Part shown: piece by piece, positions 39,611 to 51,524 of the stretch
How positions within the stretch are numbered: the first letter of the stretch is position 1
How the letters are laid out: each line of letters opens with the position of its first letter
Assembly: GCA_030615625.1 (NCBI GenBank)
Contig: JAUWYX010000002.1
Coordinates: forward strand, 11,995 to 75,994
Source: Dehalococcoidia bacterium
Lineage (GTDB): Bacteria > Chloroflexota > Dehalococcoidia > GIF9 > AB-539-J10
DNA length: 64,000 bases
Direction: 5' to 3'
Program-made: the position numbers and the translations under genes
Notes under the pieces: generated by a model
What the model was told of the DNA's origin: nothing
The model's input: the letters and a program-made list of their open reading frames with translations, nothing else
The model's database searches: none

Positions 39611-40416
39611 ATCTCCAACCTCCTCTCGAAATAGACGTACCCAACGACGAAAAGCGCAGCCACAATCAGGTATCCAGCCCCCAGGTAAAGGAGGACCTCG
39701 GAAAAGCTTGGAACCCAAGTTTCAGAGGCAAAACCTACTGCGCCCATATGGTAATAATATGTCTGGAGAGCTGAATTAGGGTTGATTACAGCCCAAATTT
39801 TTAGTAGCACATCGGAGCCTGTTCCGTAAGCGGTGAAGGTCACCAATCCAGAGACTACCAACCCCGCAAAGAAAAGAACGACTCCGATGATGAGGGCGAG
39901 TCCCCCTCGTTTCAGCCGTAAAGTCAAAAGCAGCACGAGACCAGCCAGCAAAAGTGCTGGGCTACAGAGCTGAGCAGCATAGGTCAAGAAAACCGTGCTG
40001 GGATAGGTGAGAATGACATCCGGGGCTAACAGAAAGAGACCAAAAATCTGGATTCCCAAGAATAAGAGCAACGCTATGCCTAAACCTGAGAGAAGTTTTG
40101 CCGTGAGAATGTATCGCCTCTTCAAAGGATATGAGAACAGGGTTTGCATCACACCTTTCTCCAAATCGCCACCCAGACCGTAAGCCACATTCTTTAGAAT
40201 TAAGATCACAAAGATGAACAAAAGCGGAAATCCACATAAAGTGCTAACCAAGTTGTACGCGAGGGCTTCTTTAATCTGGCCGCTATATGCTCCTAAATTC
40301 GCGAAGACAAATGTCCCCAGTGCGAAAAGGAAAGCAAAAATCTCCAGGATCGGGAACCTGTAATCTTCATCGAGGGCATAAGTGAAGATTTCTAAGAATG
40401 GTCGGCCTTTTCCCAT
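39607..40416 (-). CDS. ABC-2 family transporter permease
   Basis: 269 aa, about 6 TM. Translationally coupled to both flanking genes. Confidence 0.65.
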   Translation of the reverse strand: MGKGRPFLEIFTYALDEDYRFPILEIFAFLFALGTFVFANLGAYSGQIKEALAYNLVSTLCGFPLLFIFVILILKNVAYGLGGDLEKGVMQTLFSYPLKRRYILTAKLLSGLGIALLLFLGIQIFGLFLLAPDVILTYPSTVFLTYAAQLCSPALLLAGLVLLLTLRLKRGGLALIIGVVLFFAGLVVSGLVTFTAYGTGSDVLLKIWAVINPNSALQTYYYHMGAVGFASETWVPSFSEVLLYLGAGYLIVAALFVVGYVYFERRLEI

Positions 40417-41345
40417 CTACGATCTTCTCCTTGTCCGGACTTGACAGCGAGCCTGAAAAGCTCTTCAAGGGAAGCGGTTCCGGTCTCTATTCCCACAATT
40501 TTAGCCTCTGCTTCCTTAGCAAGTCTGGGAGCATCTTCGAAAAGCCTTGCATCTTCGCCGGCAGGCACGCCTACAGAAACTCCCCTGCTATCTACCTCCA
40601 CCCGGTTAACATATTCCAGTTTTCTTATCGATTCTCCAAGCGCCTCAGGATTATCAGTAGATATCCTCGTAGTTCTGGCTCCAAGCTTCTCCGAAAGTTC
40701 CGTCAAACCTCCCGCGGCCCAAACTTTCCCCTGATTGATTATCGCCACGGATTCACAAACCCTGCTCAGCTCAGGAAGTACATGCGAGGAGATGAGAAAA
40801 GTTACATTTTTGTCGCGACGAAGCTGCAGGATTAAATCTAACAACTCTCTCCTGGCCTCAGGGTCAAGGTTTGATGTAGGTTCATCAGCGATGATGAGAC
40901 GTGGCTCTTTGATCAGGGCATGGGCTACGGCGAATTTTTGGAGCATCCCGGCCGACAATGCCTTTATGGTTCTGTCATGGGCATCCTCAAGCCTCGTCAA
41001 AGCTAAAACTTCACGGGCTCGGGATTCAGGTTTGCCAAAGATCCTGCACACTCTCTTCAGGTAGTCGAATACCTTATGATGGGATGGGAAGTAGGCTCTT
41101 TCATAGATTACTCCTATCTTCGGCTTGATATCCGGGTTGTCCCATGGTTCCTCGTCAAAAACCCTCACAAACCCTCTATTCGGCTTAAGCAAGCCTAAGA
41201 TTATCTTTATTGTGGTGGTTTTTCCAGCGCCGTTGGGACCTATAAGTCCCATAATGCTGCCCTCCTCCACCCTCAGAGAGAGCCCATCCACAGCAACCAC
41301 CCTCCCATAACTCTTGGCTAAATCATCCACCTGTATCAAACTCAT
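40392..41345 (-). CDS. ABC transporter ATP-binding protein
   Basis: Walker A GPNGAGKTT, signature LSAGMLQK, Walker B LIIADEPTSNLD. Start at MSLIQVDDL (AAGGTGA SD) rather than ORF-track 41366. Confidence 0.75.
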   Translation of the reverse strand: MSLIQVDDLAKSYGRVVAVDGLSLRVEEGSIMGLIGPNGAGKTTTIKIILGLLKPNRGFVRVFDEEPWDNPDIKPKIGVIYERAYFPSHHKVFDYLKRVCRIFGKPESRAREVLALTRLEDAHDRTIKALSAGMLQKFAVAHALIKEPRLIIADEPTSNLDPEARRELLDLILQLRRDKNVTFLISSHVLPELSRVCESVAIINQGKVWAAGGLTELSEKLGARTTRISTDNPEALGESIRKLEYVNRVEVDSRGVSVGVPAGEDARLFEDAPRLAKEAEAKIVGIETGTASLEELFRLAVKSGQGEDRRWEKADHS

Positions 41346-41598
41346 GCGACTCACCTTGCCAAACACAAAAACACAAAGTCCGCCTACGAGCAGTTAAGAT
41401 AGGGGCACACTATAACAGCTTTGTTCACACTGGTTCACCCCTTGATTATTCAGGTGCCCACTGAGGTTCTAAGTTAACTTCTTAATTATAGCACAATATG
41501 CTGAAATATAGGTAAGCCTGGAAATGCACAAGTAATGAATTGTTAAGGCAGGACATAATGCTAAGAGGACTCTTGACTTGGTTTTGGAATTCGGCCTT

Positions 41599-42810
41599 TT
41601 ACAAGCCGGCTTCTTTTCTTAGAATTTCGGCCTTATCCGTCCTCTCCCAGGACAGGTTGAGGTCTTCCCTGCCAAAGTGCCCGTAAGTAGCAGTTTGGCG
41701 GTAAATGGGGCGGCGCAGGTCCAAAGTCCTTATGATAGCCTCAGGGCGAAAGTCGAAATGCTTGTTTATGAGATTTAATATGATTTCATCAGAGACTTTT
41801 CCCGTGCTGGATGTCTCGATGGATAATGACAGGGGATGGGCTTTCCCGATAGCATAGGCAACCTGAAGCTCAAGGTAATCAGCAAGTCCGGCAGCCACTA
41901 TATTCTTGACGACATATCTGGCCATATAAGAGGCGGAGCGGTCTACCTTGGTGGGGTCCTTGCCTGAAAAGCAGCCCCCACCATGCCCACAGGCACTGCC
42001 ATAAGTATCAGCAATGATTTTGCGCCCGGTAAAACCGGTGTCGCTCACCGGCCCGCCAATGACAAACTGACCGGCGCTGTTAATGTAGTATTCAGTCTCA
42101 CTATCCAGCAAATTGGCGGGAATGACCTTCTTAATCACTTGCTCTATAAGGTCGTGCTCGATGATTTTACGTTCCACCCCCGGGTCGTGATGAGCACCAA
42201 GAACAACACAGACCACCCTCTTGGGTATGCCATGACTATACTCTATGGTTACCTGAGCTTTGCCATCGGGCCTGAGATAAGGCACGACCCCCTCTTTTCT
42301 TACCTGAGCCAGGCTCCGGCATAGCTTGTGTGCCAGTGTAATAGGCAAAGGCATGAGCTCAGGAGTTTCTCTACAGGCAAAGCCAACCATCATTCCCTGG
42401 TCACCAGCACCAGTTTTGTCTAAAACTTCGTCAGTTGCCTCTCCTATTCTTGTTTCTAAAGATTGACCAACCCCGGCAGCAATGTCGCTTGACTGCTCCT
42501 TCACTGAGACGAGGACTCCACAGGTCCGATAATCAAAGCCATATTCGGGTTTGGTATAGCCTGCCTCTTTGATTACCTGGCGTACCAGGTTGGGAATTTC
42601 CACATAGCAATCACAGGTAATCTCACCGAGAACCATCACCATGCCCATGGCCACAGAGACTTCGCAGGCTACCCGAGCGAAGGGGTCCTGTGCCAGCATG
42701 GCATCAAGGACAGCGTCTGAAATCTGGTCGCATAGCTTATCAGGATGTCCCTCGGTGACGCACTCCGCAGTGGCTAAATAAGAATCCGACTGATTGAAGC
42801 TATTCGGCAT
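41599..42810 (-). CDS. metK: S-adenosylmethionine synthetase
   Basis: [35 protein letters not shown]. Confidence 0.9.
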   Translation of the reverse strand: MPNSFNQSDSYLATAECVTEGHPDKLCDQISDAVLDAMLAQDPFARVACEVSVAMGMVMVLGEITCDCYVEIPNLVRQVIKEAGYTKPEYGFDYRTCGVLVSVKEQSSDIAAGVGQSLETRIGEATDEVLDKTGAGDQGMMVGFACRETPELMPLPITLAHKLCRSLAQVRKEGVVPYLRPDGKAQVTIEYSHGIPKRVVCVVLGAHHDPGVERKIIEHDLIEQVIKKVIPANLLDSETEYYINSAGQFVIGGPVSDTGFTGRKIIADTYGSACGHGGGCFSGKDPTKVDRSASYMARYVVKNIVAAGLADYLELQVAYAIGKAHPLSLSIETSSTGKVSDEIILNLINKHFDFRPEAIIRTLDLRRPIYRQTATYGHFGREDLNLSWERTDKAEILRKEAGL

Positions 42811-42822
42811 TTTTACTCCTTT

Positions 42823-44097
<1,275 letters not shown>

Positions 44098-44147
44098 CTA
44101 CTTTCTAGTTCTCTCCATTGTATTTTCAGGTTCGACTCCATTGTTTA

Positions 44148-44837
44148 CTAATCGGTCAGTGGCTTCGCCACCACAATTCTCCATGCGGCTATTTTGAGAA
44201 GTATAAACTCCTCAGTTTTGGTTATCTGGTATCCCGCGTCTTCTATCAATTTCTCCACATAAATCGGCCGGCAATTGGCATACTTGGGAACCTTCTGGTG
44301 TAGCCACTCATAGGATCTTATAAACAGCGAACCTTCTCTGCCTTCTTTTGTAAGACTGGCAACACCAAGCCTTCCGCTAGGCTTCAAGACCTTTTTGACT
44401 TCGTTGAGAACTACAGGAATATCCGGTGTATCAAACAGCTCCAAAGTGCTAGCCATGTAAACGGCATCGAATTTGCCATTTTGGTAAGGCATCCTTCTAG
44501 CATCCCCTTCATATAGCTCCACCCTGTCCATAAACCCTGCCTTCTTAAGCCTTTTCCTGGTTAACTCCAACATCTGAGGCGTTACATCAATGCCGTGGGC
44601 TTTGCCATTTTCTCCAACGAAGTTAGCGATTTCCTTTAACGAATATCCTGTTCCTACACCTACCTCAAGAACGACTTCACCCGGCGTGACAGATAGAAGG
44701 TGCAGGCCTTTCCGTCTAAGTCCCTTCTCAAATATTCCCTCTGCGAGAGCATAAAACCGGCTCATTACGCCATAGCTCTTCTTTATATCCTCTAATCTTA
44801 CCGGTACTCCTAACATTTCCCCTTGGTTGTTAATCAT
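44148..44837 (-). CDS. Class I SAM-dependent methyltransferase
   Basis: LEVGVGTGYS, LKPSGRL. Confidence 0.6.
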   Translation of the reverse strand: MINNQGEMLGVPVRLEDIKKSYGVMSRFYALAEGIFEKGLRRKGLHLLSVTPGEVVLEVGVGTGYSLKEIANFVGENGKAHGIDVTPQMLELTRKRLKKAGFMDRVELYEGDARRMPYQNGKFDAVYMASTLELFDTPDIPVVLNEVKKVLKPSGRLGVASLTKEGREGSLFIRSYEWLHQKVPKYANCRPIYVEKLIEDAGYQITKTEEFILLKIAAWRIVVAKPLTD

Positions 44838-44843
44838 GTTCTT

Positions 44844-45743
44844 CTATCGCCTGAACTGCTCAGCAACCCAATCAGGTATGTCCAATGTGCCCATAAGGAG
44901 CGGTTTTTGATGACAATCGCTGCCTCCGGTCATGAGCATATTGTGCTTCCTGGCAAACTCAATATAGTGTGCCGTGGTTTTCTCGTCATGTCTGGGATGC
45001 CAGCACTCGACACCATCGATGTATTGTAGCATATATTTTTCCATGACCTTCGTTTGTTCGTCCAAATCGCGCTTTATGCTTACCAGGGATGTTCCGTGGG
45101 GGTCATTGGGGTGGGCATGTACCAGTACACCCCCGGCATTCCTGATCAGCTTTGATGCCTCAGCCAGAGAGAGCGGGTACTTGGGGACATCGCACTTGAC
45201 CAGATATTTATCGAAGGCCTCTTGCTTATCCTTTACAATCCCCTTTTCCTCCAAGTAGTTCGCTATATGGGGTCGCCCGAACACGCCGTCTACACTATCC
45301 TCTATTTTCCTGAGGTCTTCCTCGGTAAATCTTTCAATACCCTCTTTATCGAACTCAACGTTCAGGTTTTCTAAAATCTGACGCGCCCTTCTTTCCCTAT
45401 GTTCCTTCATCAATTGAATCTTGCTCTTTAGCTCTTGATTACCGATGTCATACCCGTATCCCAGGAAATCCAGGGAGACGGTTTTATCTTCAGTGGGATA
45501 ATGGAAAGTCACGTTTAATTCTACCCCCGTGATGTAAGACATGCCATGCTTTCTCGCCAGGACGATAGCTCTTTCCTGACAATCTATGGAATCGTGGTCA
45601 GTTATCGAGATTAAATCAATGTTTCTATTTTTGGCTTCTTGGAAAACCTCTTCAATAGGGAGATTGCCATCCGAGCCGGTCCTGGTATGGATGTGCAAAT
45701 CGATTTTCACTTCTACTTCTTTTCCATGCCAATGATATACCAA
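44844..45743 (-). CDS. PHP-domain metal-dependent phosphoesterase
   Basis: DLHIHTRTGSDG, ITDHDS. Confidence 0.65.
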   Translation of the reverse strand: MVYHWHGKEVEVKIDLHIHTRTGSDGNLPIEEVFQEAKNRNIDLISITDHDSIDCQERAIVLARKHGMSYITGVELNVTFHYPTEDKTVSLDFLGYGYDIGNQELKSKIQLMKEHRERRARQILENLNVEFDKEGIERFTEEDLRKIEDSVDGVFGRPHIANYLEEKGIVKDKQEAFDKYLVKCDVPKYPLSLAEASKLIRNAGGVLVHAHPNDPHGTSLVSIKRDLDEQTKVMEKYMLQYIDGVECWHPRHDEKTTAHYIEFARKHNMLMTGGSDCHQKPLLMGTLDIPDWVAEQFRR

Positions 45744-46315
45744 TCCTCGGGCGGGTCATATTGGGTATCAACTGTCAGGTGGATGATATTGAGTCTGGGA
45801 TACAATCGCTTCAGGTCATCCATGTCCACTTCTTCAAACTTCTTTTTATTGTTGAGGTAGGCCTGCTCGGTGAGGGCATTCGATTCGTAATCCTCTTGGG
45901 TACGTCTTAGTATCCGGGCGATGGCTACCTCTTGCGGGCAATGGGTCTGAAGGATGACGAATGTCTTATTATGTTTGGCTGCTATCTCAGCAGCCCGTCT
46001 TCTCAACAATTGGCTGACGAAGGTGGCATCGAGTATTACACTATCGCCCTTCTCCAGGGTCTCATCTGCCCGCCGGAATGTCTCATCGTAGACCGCCATT
46101 CGTTTGGTCATATCCGAAGCGACCTTCTCATCGAATATATCCTCATCTTTCAGCACTTCCAGTCTAATCAGGTCGGACCGAAGGATAGGGTAGCCCTTAA
46201 TCCTGGAAATCTCCTCGCTGGTCTCGGTTTTCCAGGTGCCGGGAAGGCCACAGGTAATAAGCAAAACACCAGCGCCCAACTCGCTTTCCACAAATTTGGC
46301 AAACGGCTCTCTCAA
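45713..46315 (-). CDS. P-loop kinase-like (AAA_33) protein
   Basis: CGLPGTWKT Walker A. Confidence 0.55.
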   Translation of the reverse strand: MREPFAKFVESELGAGVLLITCGLPGTWKTETSEEISRIKGYPILRSDLIRLEVLKDEDIFDEKVASDMTKRMAVYDETFRRADETLEKGDSVILDATFVSQLLRRRAAEIAAKHNKTFVILQTHCPQEVAIARILRRTQEDYESNALTEQAYLNNKKKFEEVDMDDLKRLYPRLNIIHLTVDTQYDPPEDWYIIGMEKK

Positions 46316-46336
46316 TCTACGCCTCCTGTACAGCTC

Positions 46337-46469
46337 GACATCGTCGCATTAGATTATAACTGCTCAAATTCTCCTTGTCATTGCGTCCCCTAATTTGACC
46401 GTCTCCCCTAGCTAATGCTAAACTATTTTCGGGCAGCGTAGCTCAGGGGTAGAGCAGAGGACTCATAAT
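46337..46469 (+). repeat. Direct repeat DR1: copy of the tRNA(CAU) upstream region plus tRNA 5' half (through the anticodon)
   Basis: 133 bp, about 98% identical to 53638-53771. 46433-46469 = GGCAGCGTAGCTCAGGGGTAGAGCAGAGGACTCATAA. Identity ends exactly after CATAA in the anticodon loop. Confidence 0.8.
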
Positions 46470-46748
46470 TCTAAGCTAGATGTCCCAAATGGTCCCTTTA
46501 CCTATAAAATAGAGCCTTTGTGTCAATTACCAAAACCCCGTTTTGCTCGTGAAGTCCCGTTATGTCCCAACCCATCCCAAACAATTTAACGCCAAAATAA
46601 CGCCAATTTTTCAGGTATGGCCTGAAGCTAACGGAACGACAATAGCGATAATACCATAGCAATAAAAACAACAATGATGATAACAACGATAATATCTAAA
46701 TGTGATATGAAATTTTCGGCTAGGGATTGACGTAGCGCTAAGTTTTAC

Positions 46749-49700
46749 CTATTTCTTTCTTGAAAGGCCCTTCAGTTCTTTCTCAGCTTTTTCCACCCAC
46801 CCGGCGGCTCCGCATTCTTTGAAGATTTCTATTGCTTGTTTGAGGTTTTCTTTTGCTTTTGGTGTATTGCCTTTGCGTTTGAACAACCCGGCATATGCAG
46901 TATAGTCCTTTCCCAGATGAAACATCATGCCATTTCTCTTGTCCGCTTCGATGGCCTTCTTGACCCAATCCTCCGCCTCGGATATGTGCTTTTCATCGAT
47001 ATTCAACAGAATCTCCCCTATATATCTTGGCATCCAACCATCATAAATTCTCCAATTGTTCTCGGCCTCGTAGCGATACAACGCCTCTAAATCAACGTCC
47101 ATCTCATTGTTTATTACCCTTGTCCGTGCCGAAGCTATTTTGCACATATTCAAGGAAGAGGGAAAAAGTCTATTTTGTTCGAGCCGCGAAATTGCTTTTT
47201 TATAACAATCCTGGGATCTCTCATATTCGCCCATATCAAAGTAGGTATCGCCCAACCATAAATATCCCAGAGAGAACACTGAAGGTAAATCGATACCCTC
47301 AGCAAAATCAATTCCCTTCAAGAGATGCTCTTCAGCCCGTTCCAGAAATCCCTTGCAATAGCAAGAGTAACCATGGAAAGTGTACCCACATGCTCTTGAA
47401 TAGATATCACCACTCTCTTCGGCTAGCCGCAGGGCCTCATCGCTGGTCTGATAACCTAGGCCAATCCTTCCCTGAAAATCATAGACAAAAGCACTTAGCA
47501 TGCTTTTCTGCACTGATATGCCCCAAAGGCTGTTTCCCGCCACATTAATCTGCAGTGTTTTTTCCATATGGTAAAGGGCTCTTTCATATTTGCAACTCCA
47601 AGACAGCGCAAGTCCCAGCCAGAAGTTTGCCTGTGCTAACGAAAGTATATCGCTTAGCTCCTCTGCCATCTTTAGAGCATCCTCCAGATATTTGAAGGCC
47701 TTGGGAAAATCCTCCTCCGCGTGATACCAGTAGGAGCCCATTATGGTGTATATCTGAGATACCCTCCTCTTGTAGCCAAGCTCCAGAGCTAAATCAACTA
47801 TCGGGTCAACAGCCTCTTTTGCCTCAAAAGGATGACCCATTTGAATGTGATAGAGTCCAACAGCCGTCCGGGCAGCTACTATCTTCCGCTGTACATCCTC
47901 CGTCTGAGGTAACTTGTCAAGGCAGTCTATCCTTTTCTCACTGTATGCAATCGCATCGTTAAATGCCCCTGCCCTCTCAGCTTTCCTTCCCACCAGCCGG
48001 CAGTACTCAGCCCCCTTCTCGTAGCTCTCACCTGCGATATAGTGCTCAGCCAGTACTGCATAATGCTGATCTAGATTATCTTTATAGACCTCCTCAATGG
48101 CATCGCCTATGTCCAGGTGAAGCTTCTTCCTCCTTTTGGTCATTATCGAATCATAGACCACCTCGCGGGTCAGGGCATGCTTGAAGATATAGGTCGATTG
48201 GGGATATATCCCTCTTTCATAGAGAAGCTCTGCATCCCTTAAGGCTGACAGGTGGGACAGCAACTCCTGTTCTGATATGCCAGTCACCCGCTTCATCAAC
48301 TCGTAGCTGAACTCTCTCTCAATCGCAGAGCCCGTCTTAAGCACGCCCTTGGCCGCTTCGGGCAACGAATCAACCCTGGCCATGATGACATCTTGAATCG
48401 TACCCGGTATGGTTACATCATTAACATCTCTGGTTAGAAAATATCCACTATCCTTCCTCTCGATTATCTCAAGGTCTTTGAGGGACTTCATAAACTCCTC
48501 GATGAAAAAGGGGATCCCCTCCGTCTTCTGCAAGATCAACTCCTCAAGGTCCCCCGCTATTTCCTCCGTACCCAGGAGATGAGCTACCATCGCCAGGCTC
48601 TCGCGGTTGGAAAGCCGGTTCAAGGTTACCTGGCTGTGATAGGACCTGCCGCCCCAGGTGTGCACGAACTCAGGACGGTAAGTAAATATCAAGAAAACCC
48701 GTGACCCCGATATGGTATCCAGCCAATACTTCAAGGTATCCTCGGTGCTCCTATCAGTCCAGTGGAGGTCCTCAATAGCCATTATCAAGGGCCGTAGCTC
48801 TGCACCCTTCAGGATAACTCGCTTTACTGCCTCGAGAATCCGATCTTTCCTGGCTTCCGGGCTCATGGATATGTTGTCTATTCCGCTGTCCTTGACCGAT
48901 AGCAGCTCCAGAAGATAGGGCAGGGTGTTGGCCTCGTCTGCACCTAATAGCTTCAATCCCTCTTTCACCCTATCCCTGACCCGGTAGTCCTCGTCACTTT
49001 CCCTGATATCAAAGTTTGACTTCAAGAGGTCTATGACTGGATGATAGGCCACGCCCCTGCTGTATGAGAGGCACCTGCCCTCCAAAAAAGTAGCATCCTC
49101 GTTGGCTATGGCCTTTCTGAACTCATACAGCAGCCTGGACTTGCCCACGCCGGCCTCGCCCATGATGGAGAAGGCCTGGCCCCTGCCTGCCTTAGCCCGT
49201 TCGAAGCCATCCAGCAACAGCTCGAGCTCCCTCTCCCGGCCCACAAAGGGGGTCAGGCCCCACTCAGCGCTTACGTCAAACCTCGCCCTTCTGGTGCTGG
49301 TGGCGATCACCCGGTAGGCCTTGACCGGCGCCTCCTTCCCCTTGACCTGCCTCTCCCCCAAGGCCTCAAAGCGGAAAAGGCCCTCGGTGACCTTGAAGGT
49401 CTCCTCGGTAACATAGGTGGTGCCCGGCTCCGCTAGATCTTCCATCCTGGATGCCAGGTTCACCGTATCCCCCATTGCTGTGAACTCCACCCGCAGATCA
49501 TTTCCCAGGCTGCCGACCACAACGGGGCCGGTGTTAATGCCAATCCGTATCTTTATCGGGTCTATCCCGCTTTCGCTCTTTAGACGATTACTAAACCTGG
49601 TCATCTCCCGCTGGATGGCCAGAGCGGAGCGAATGGCCCGCTGGGGGGCATGCTCGAGGGCTCTGGGGGCCCCAAACAGGGCCATGACGCCGTCGCCGGT

Positions 49701-50126
49701 CATTTTGTTGATAGTGCCACCATAGTCGAGAACTTTATGGATTAGGATCTCAAAGACCTCATCCATGATGGAGTAGATTTTCTCGTGGCCGAGTTTCTCG
49801 GAAAGTGGGGTAAATCCCTTCATGTCACAGAACATAACAGTAACCTGCTTGCGCTCACCTTCGATTTTGTCTCTTTGAGCTAGGATCTTCTCGGTGAGCC
49901 CTCTAGGCAGGTAACGCTGGATCTTCTCCAGTTTCTCGTCAAAAGAGAGGCCTCTGGGAGTCTGTTCGAAGGGAACTGTCAGATCGTGGCCGCACTCACC
50001 ACAAAATCTATCCCTGGGAAGGTTTTCAGAGCCACACTGAGGGCATATCTGCAAAAGCTTTGCACCGCACTCGTGGCAAAACTTCCTCGTCTCAGGATTT
50101 TCCGCTTGGCAATTAGGGCATTTCAT
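46749..50126 (-). CDS. Multidomain STAND-type protein: double zinc ribbon + class III adenylyl/guanylyl cyclase + AAA/NB-ARC-like NTPase + TPR array
   Basis: N-terminus CPNCQ..CHECG..CPQCG..CGECG; cyclase core VTVMFCDMKGFT...GDGVMALFGAP; P-loop GEAGVGKSRL; about 500 aa of TPR-like helical repeats. Confidence 0.8.
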   Translation of the reverse strand: MKCPNCQAENPETRKFCHECGAKLLQICPQCGSENLPRDRFCGECGHDLTVPFEQTPRGLSFDEKLEKIQRYLPRGLTEKILAQRDKIEGERKQVTVMFCDMKGFTPLSEKLGHEKIYSIMDEVFEILIHKVLDYGGTINKMTGDGVMALFGAPRALEHAPQRAIRSALAIQREMTRFSNRLKSESGIDPIKIRIGINTGPVVVGSLGNDLRVEFTAMGDTVNLASRMEDLAEPGTTYVTEETFKVTEGLFRFEALGERQVKGKEAPVKAYRVIATSTRRARFDVSAEWGLTPFVGRERELELLLDGFERAKAGRGQAFSIMGEAGVGKSRLLYEFRKAIANEDATFLEGRCLSYSRGVAYHPVIDLLKSNFDIRESDEDYRVRDRVKEGLKLLGADEANTLPYLLELLSVKDSGIDNISMSPEARKDRILEAVKRVILKGAELRPLIMAIEDLHWTDRSTEDTLKYWLDTISGSRVFLIFTYRPEFVHTWGGRSYHSQVTLNRLSNRESLAMVAHLLGTEEIAGDLEELILQKTEGIPFFIEEFMKSLKDLEIIERKDSGYFLTRDVNDVTIPGTIQDVIMARVDSLPEAAKGVLKTGSAIEREFSYELMKRVTGISEQELLSHLSALRDAELLYERGIYPQSTYIFKHALTREVVYDSIMTKRRKKLHLDIGDAIEEVYKDNLDQHYAVLAEHYIAGESYEKGAEYCRLVGRKAERAGAFNDAIAYSEKRIDCLDKLPQTEDVQRKIVAARTAVGLYHIQMGHPFEAKEAVDPIVDLALELGYKRRVSQIYTIMGSYWYHAEEDFPKAFKYLEDALKMAEELSDILSLAQANFWLGLALSWSCKYERALYHMEKTLQINVAGNSLWGISVQKSMLSAFVYDFQGRIGLGYQTSDEALRLAEESGDIYSRACGYTFHGYSCYCKGFLERAEEHLLKGIDFAEGIDLPSVFSLGYLWLGDTYFDMGEYERSQDCYKKAISRLEQNRLFPSSLNMCKIASARTRVINNEMDVDLEALYRYEAENNWRIYDGWMPRYIGEILLNIDEKHISEAEDWVKKAIEADKRNGMMFHLGKDYTAYAGLFKRKGNTPKAKENLKQAIEIFKECGAAGWVEKAEKELKGLSRKK

Positions 50127-50447
50127 TGTTTATCTCCATAAATCAAAAAGGATTCTTTTAATTGGCTTTCCAATAATTTGATTATACTCCCAAGAAACCT
50201 CAAATAGAATACATCACAAGAGAACAAGATGAGAATAGAAGCAATACATCAAAGATAGAATAGACCACCCATACCAATAAAAACAGCAATGACCGATAAT
50301 GGCAAAAGTTGCTCTCTCAGCGACAACCCTAAAAGAATGAAGGGTTTCCAAAATACCTAAAATTGAATGGAAAATCAAAATTAACAGCCTATGGCGGACG
50401 AAGGGGGGGTGAGGTGAATCACTGGATATACCATTACTAATGGGTGA

Positions 50448-50475
50448 TTGACAGCAAAGAAAACGACGCTATACT
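50448..50475 (+). promoter_or_regulatory. Sigma70-like promoter (TTGACA-16-TATACT) upstream of the DUF4382 gene
   Basis: TTGACAGCAAAGAAAACGACGCTATACT. Confidence 0.35.
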
Positions 50476-50576
50476 GTAATCTGGGAGGGAAGTTCAAATA
50501 CCAATATCTGGATTCCAAGTAATCTCCTACGACCAAAATCCACAAGACTAGACAGTTTTGAATTTCAAAAAAGAGC

Positions 50577-51149
50577 ATGCAAATCAAACCATTCCCTTTA
50601 GTGTTGATTATTCTGGCGGTGCTGACTGTAATAGGATTAGTTTATAAGATTCCGGAACAAGCACTGGGAACAGGAACCTTGAAGCTATACCTTTCCGATG
50701 CGCCGCTAGACGCTGAAGATGTTACAGGTGTTTATATCACTATCAATGAAATTCAATACCACCTAGATAGTCAATGGATAACGTGCGAAGAATTTAAAGG
50801 CCCTCAAATATATAACTTATTGGAATTAACCGACGGAAATTCCGCTTTGTTGGGTGAGTTGACATTACCTGCCGGGAATTACAATCAAATTCGCTTTATA
50901 CTGGATATTCCAGAAAAGGGCTCATATCCGGCAAATCCAGGCTGCTATATTGAATTTGCTGATAACTTCACTGCGCCTCTCTTCGTACCGAGTGGTGGAG
51001 ACACAGGGTATAAAGCGATAGGCTACTTCGAAGTACCTGTTAATGGAACTGTGGAGGTTACTGCAGATTTTGATGTTCGTAAAGCTGTGGTTGTAGCTGG
51101 TTCTTCGTACATCCTAAAGCCAACAATCAAGCTGATAGTCAACTACTAA
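50577..51149 (+). CDS. DUF4382-like secreted/lipoprotein
   Basis: Signal/TM then GTGTLKLYLSDAP...NYNQIRFIL pattern resembling DUF4382. Confidence 0.45.
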   Translation: MQIKPFPLVLIILAVLTVIGLVYKIPEQALGTGTLKLYLSDAPLDAEDVTGVYITINEIQYHLDSQWITCEEFKGPQIYNLLELTDGNSALLGELTLPAGNYNQIRFILDIPEKGSYPANPGCYIEFADNFTAPLFVPSGGDTGYKAIGYFEVPVNGTVEVTADFDVRKAVVVAGSSYILKPTIKLIVNY

Positions 51150-51524
51150 GCTGGAAGCATCCGTGGCTTACTCAACTGTAACCTAAAGTTTGGATTTTGT
51201 CTGATTTGGTTTCAGGTATTTTAGCGTGTTTTTAAGTGCTTTTATTCCCTTTAACTGAAGCTAATAAATCTTTTTCTTAAAGTTAAAATGAGGAGTAAAT
51301 TGTGCGGGCCTGGTGATAAGAGCGGGCACCATCGCCCAAACCAAAGGGCACACCCCTTCTTGATATTAGGATACCTGTCTCTGACTTATTTGAATTTTCA
51401 GAGTAATCAAAGGGGTTATCAGGTTCCTGAAGGCTTTCGGAATCCTGAGAAAACACACTTCTACATCTGTGTTAATAGAGTTTAATATGTGAATAGCTGG
51501 CTAGCAAAGATGGTTCTGCTTATT

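Noticed and set aside
40398-41064. Plus-strand ORFs 40398..40835, 40441..40734, 40735..41064
   Set aside because: Antisense to the ABC ATPase gene, whose Walker A/B and signature motifs are all intact.
46433-46469. A second tRNA gene at the DR1 copy
   Set aside because: Only the 5' half through the anticodon is present; the sequence diverges immediately after CATAA with no T-arm or acceptor 3' strand. It is a tRNA fragment, not a gene.
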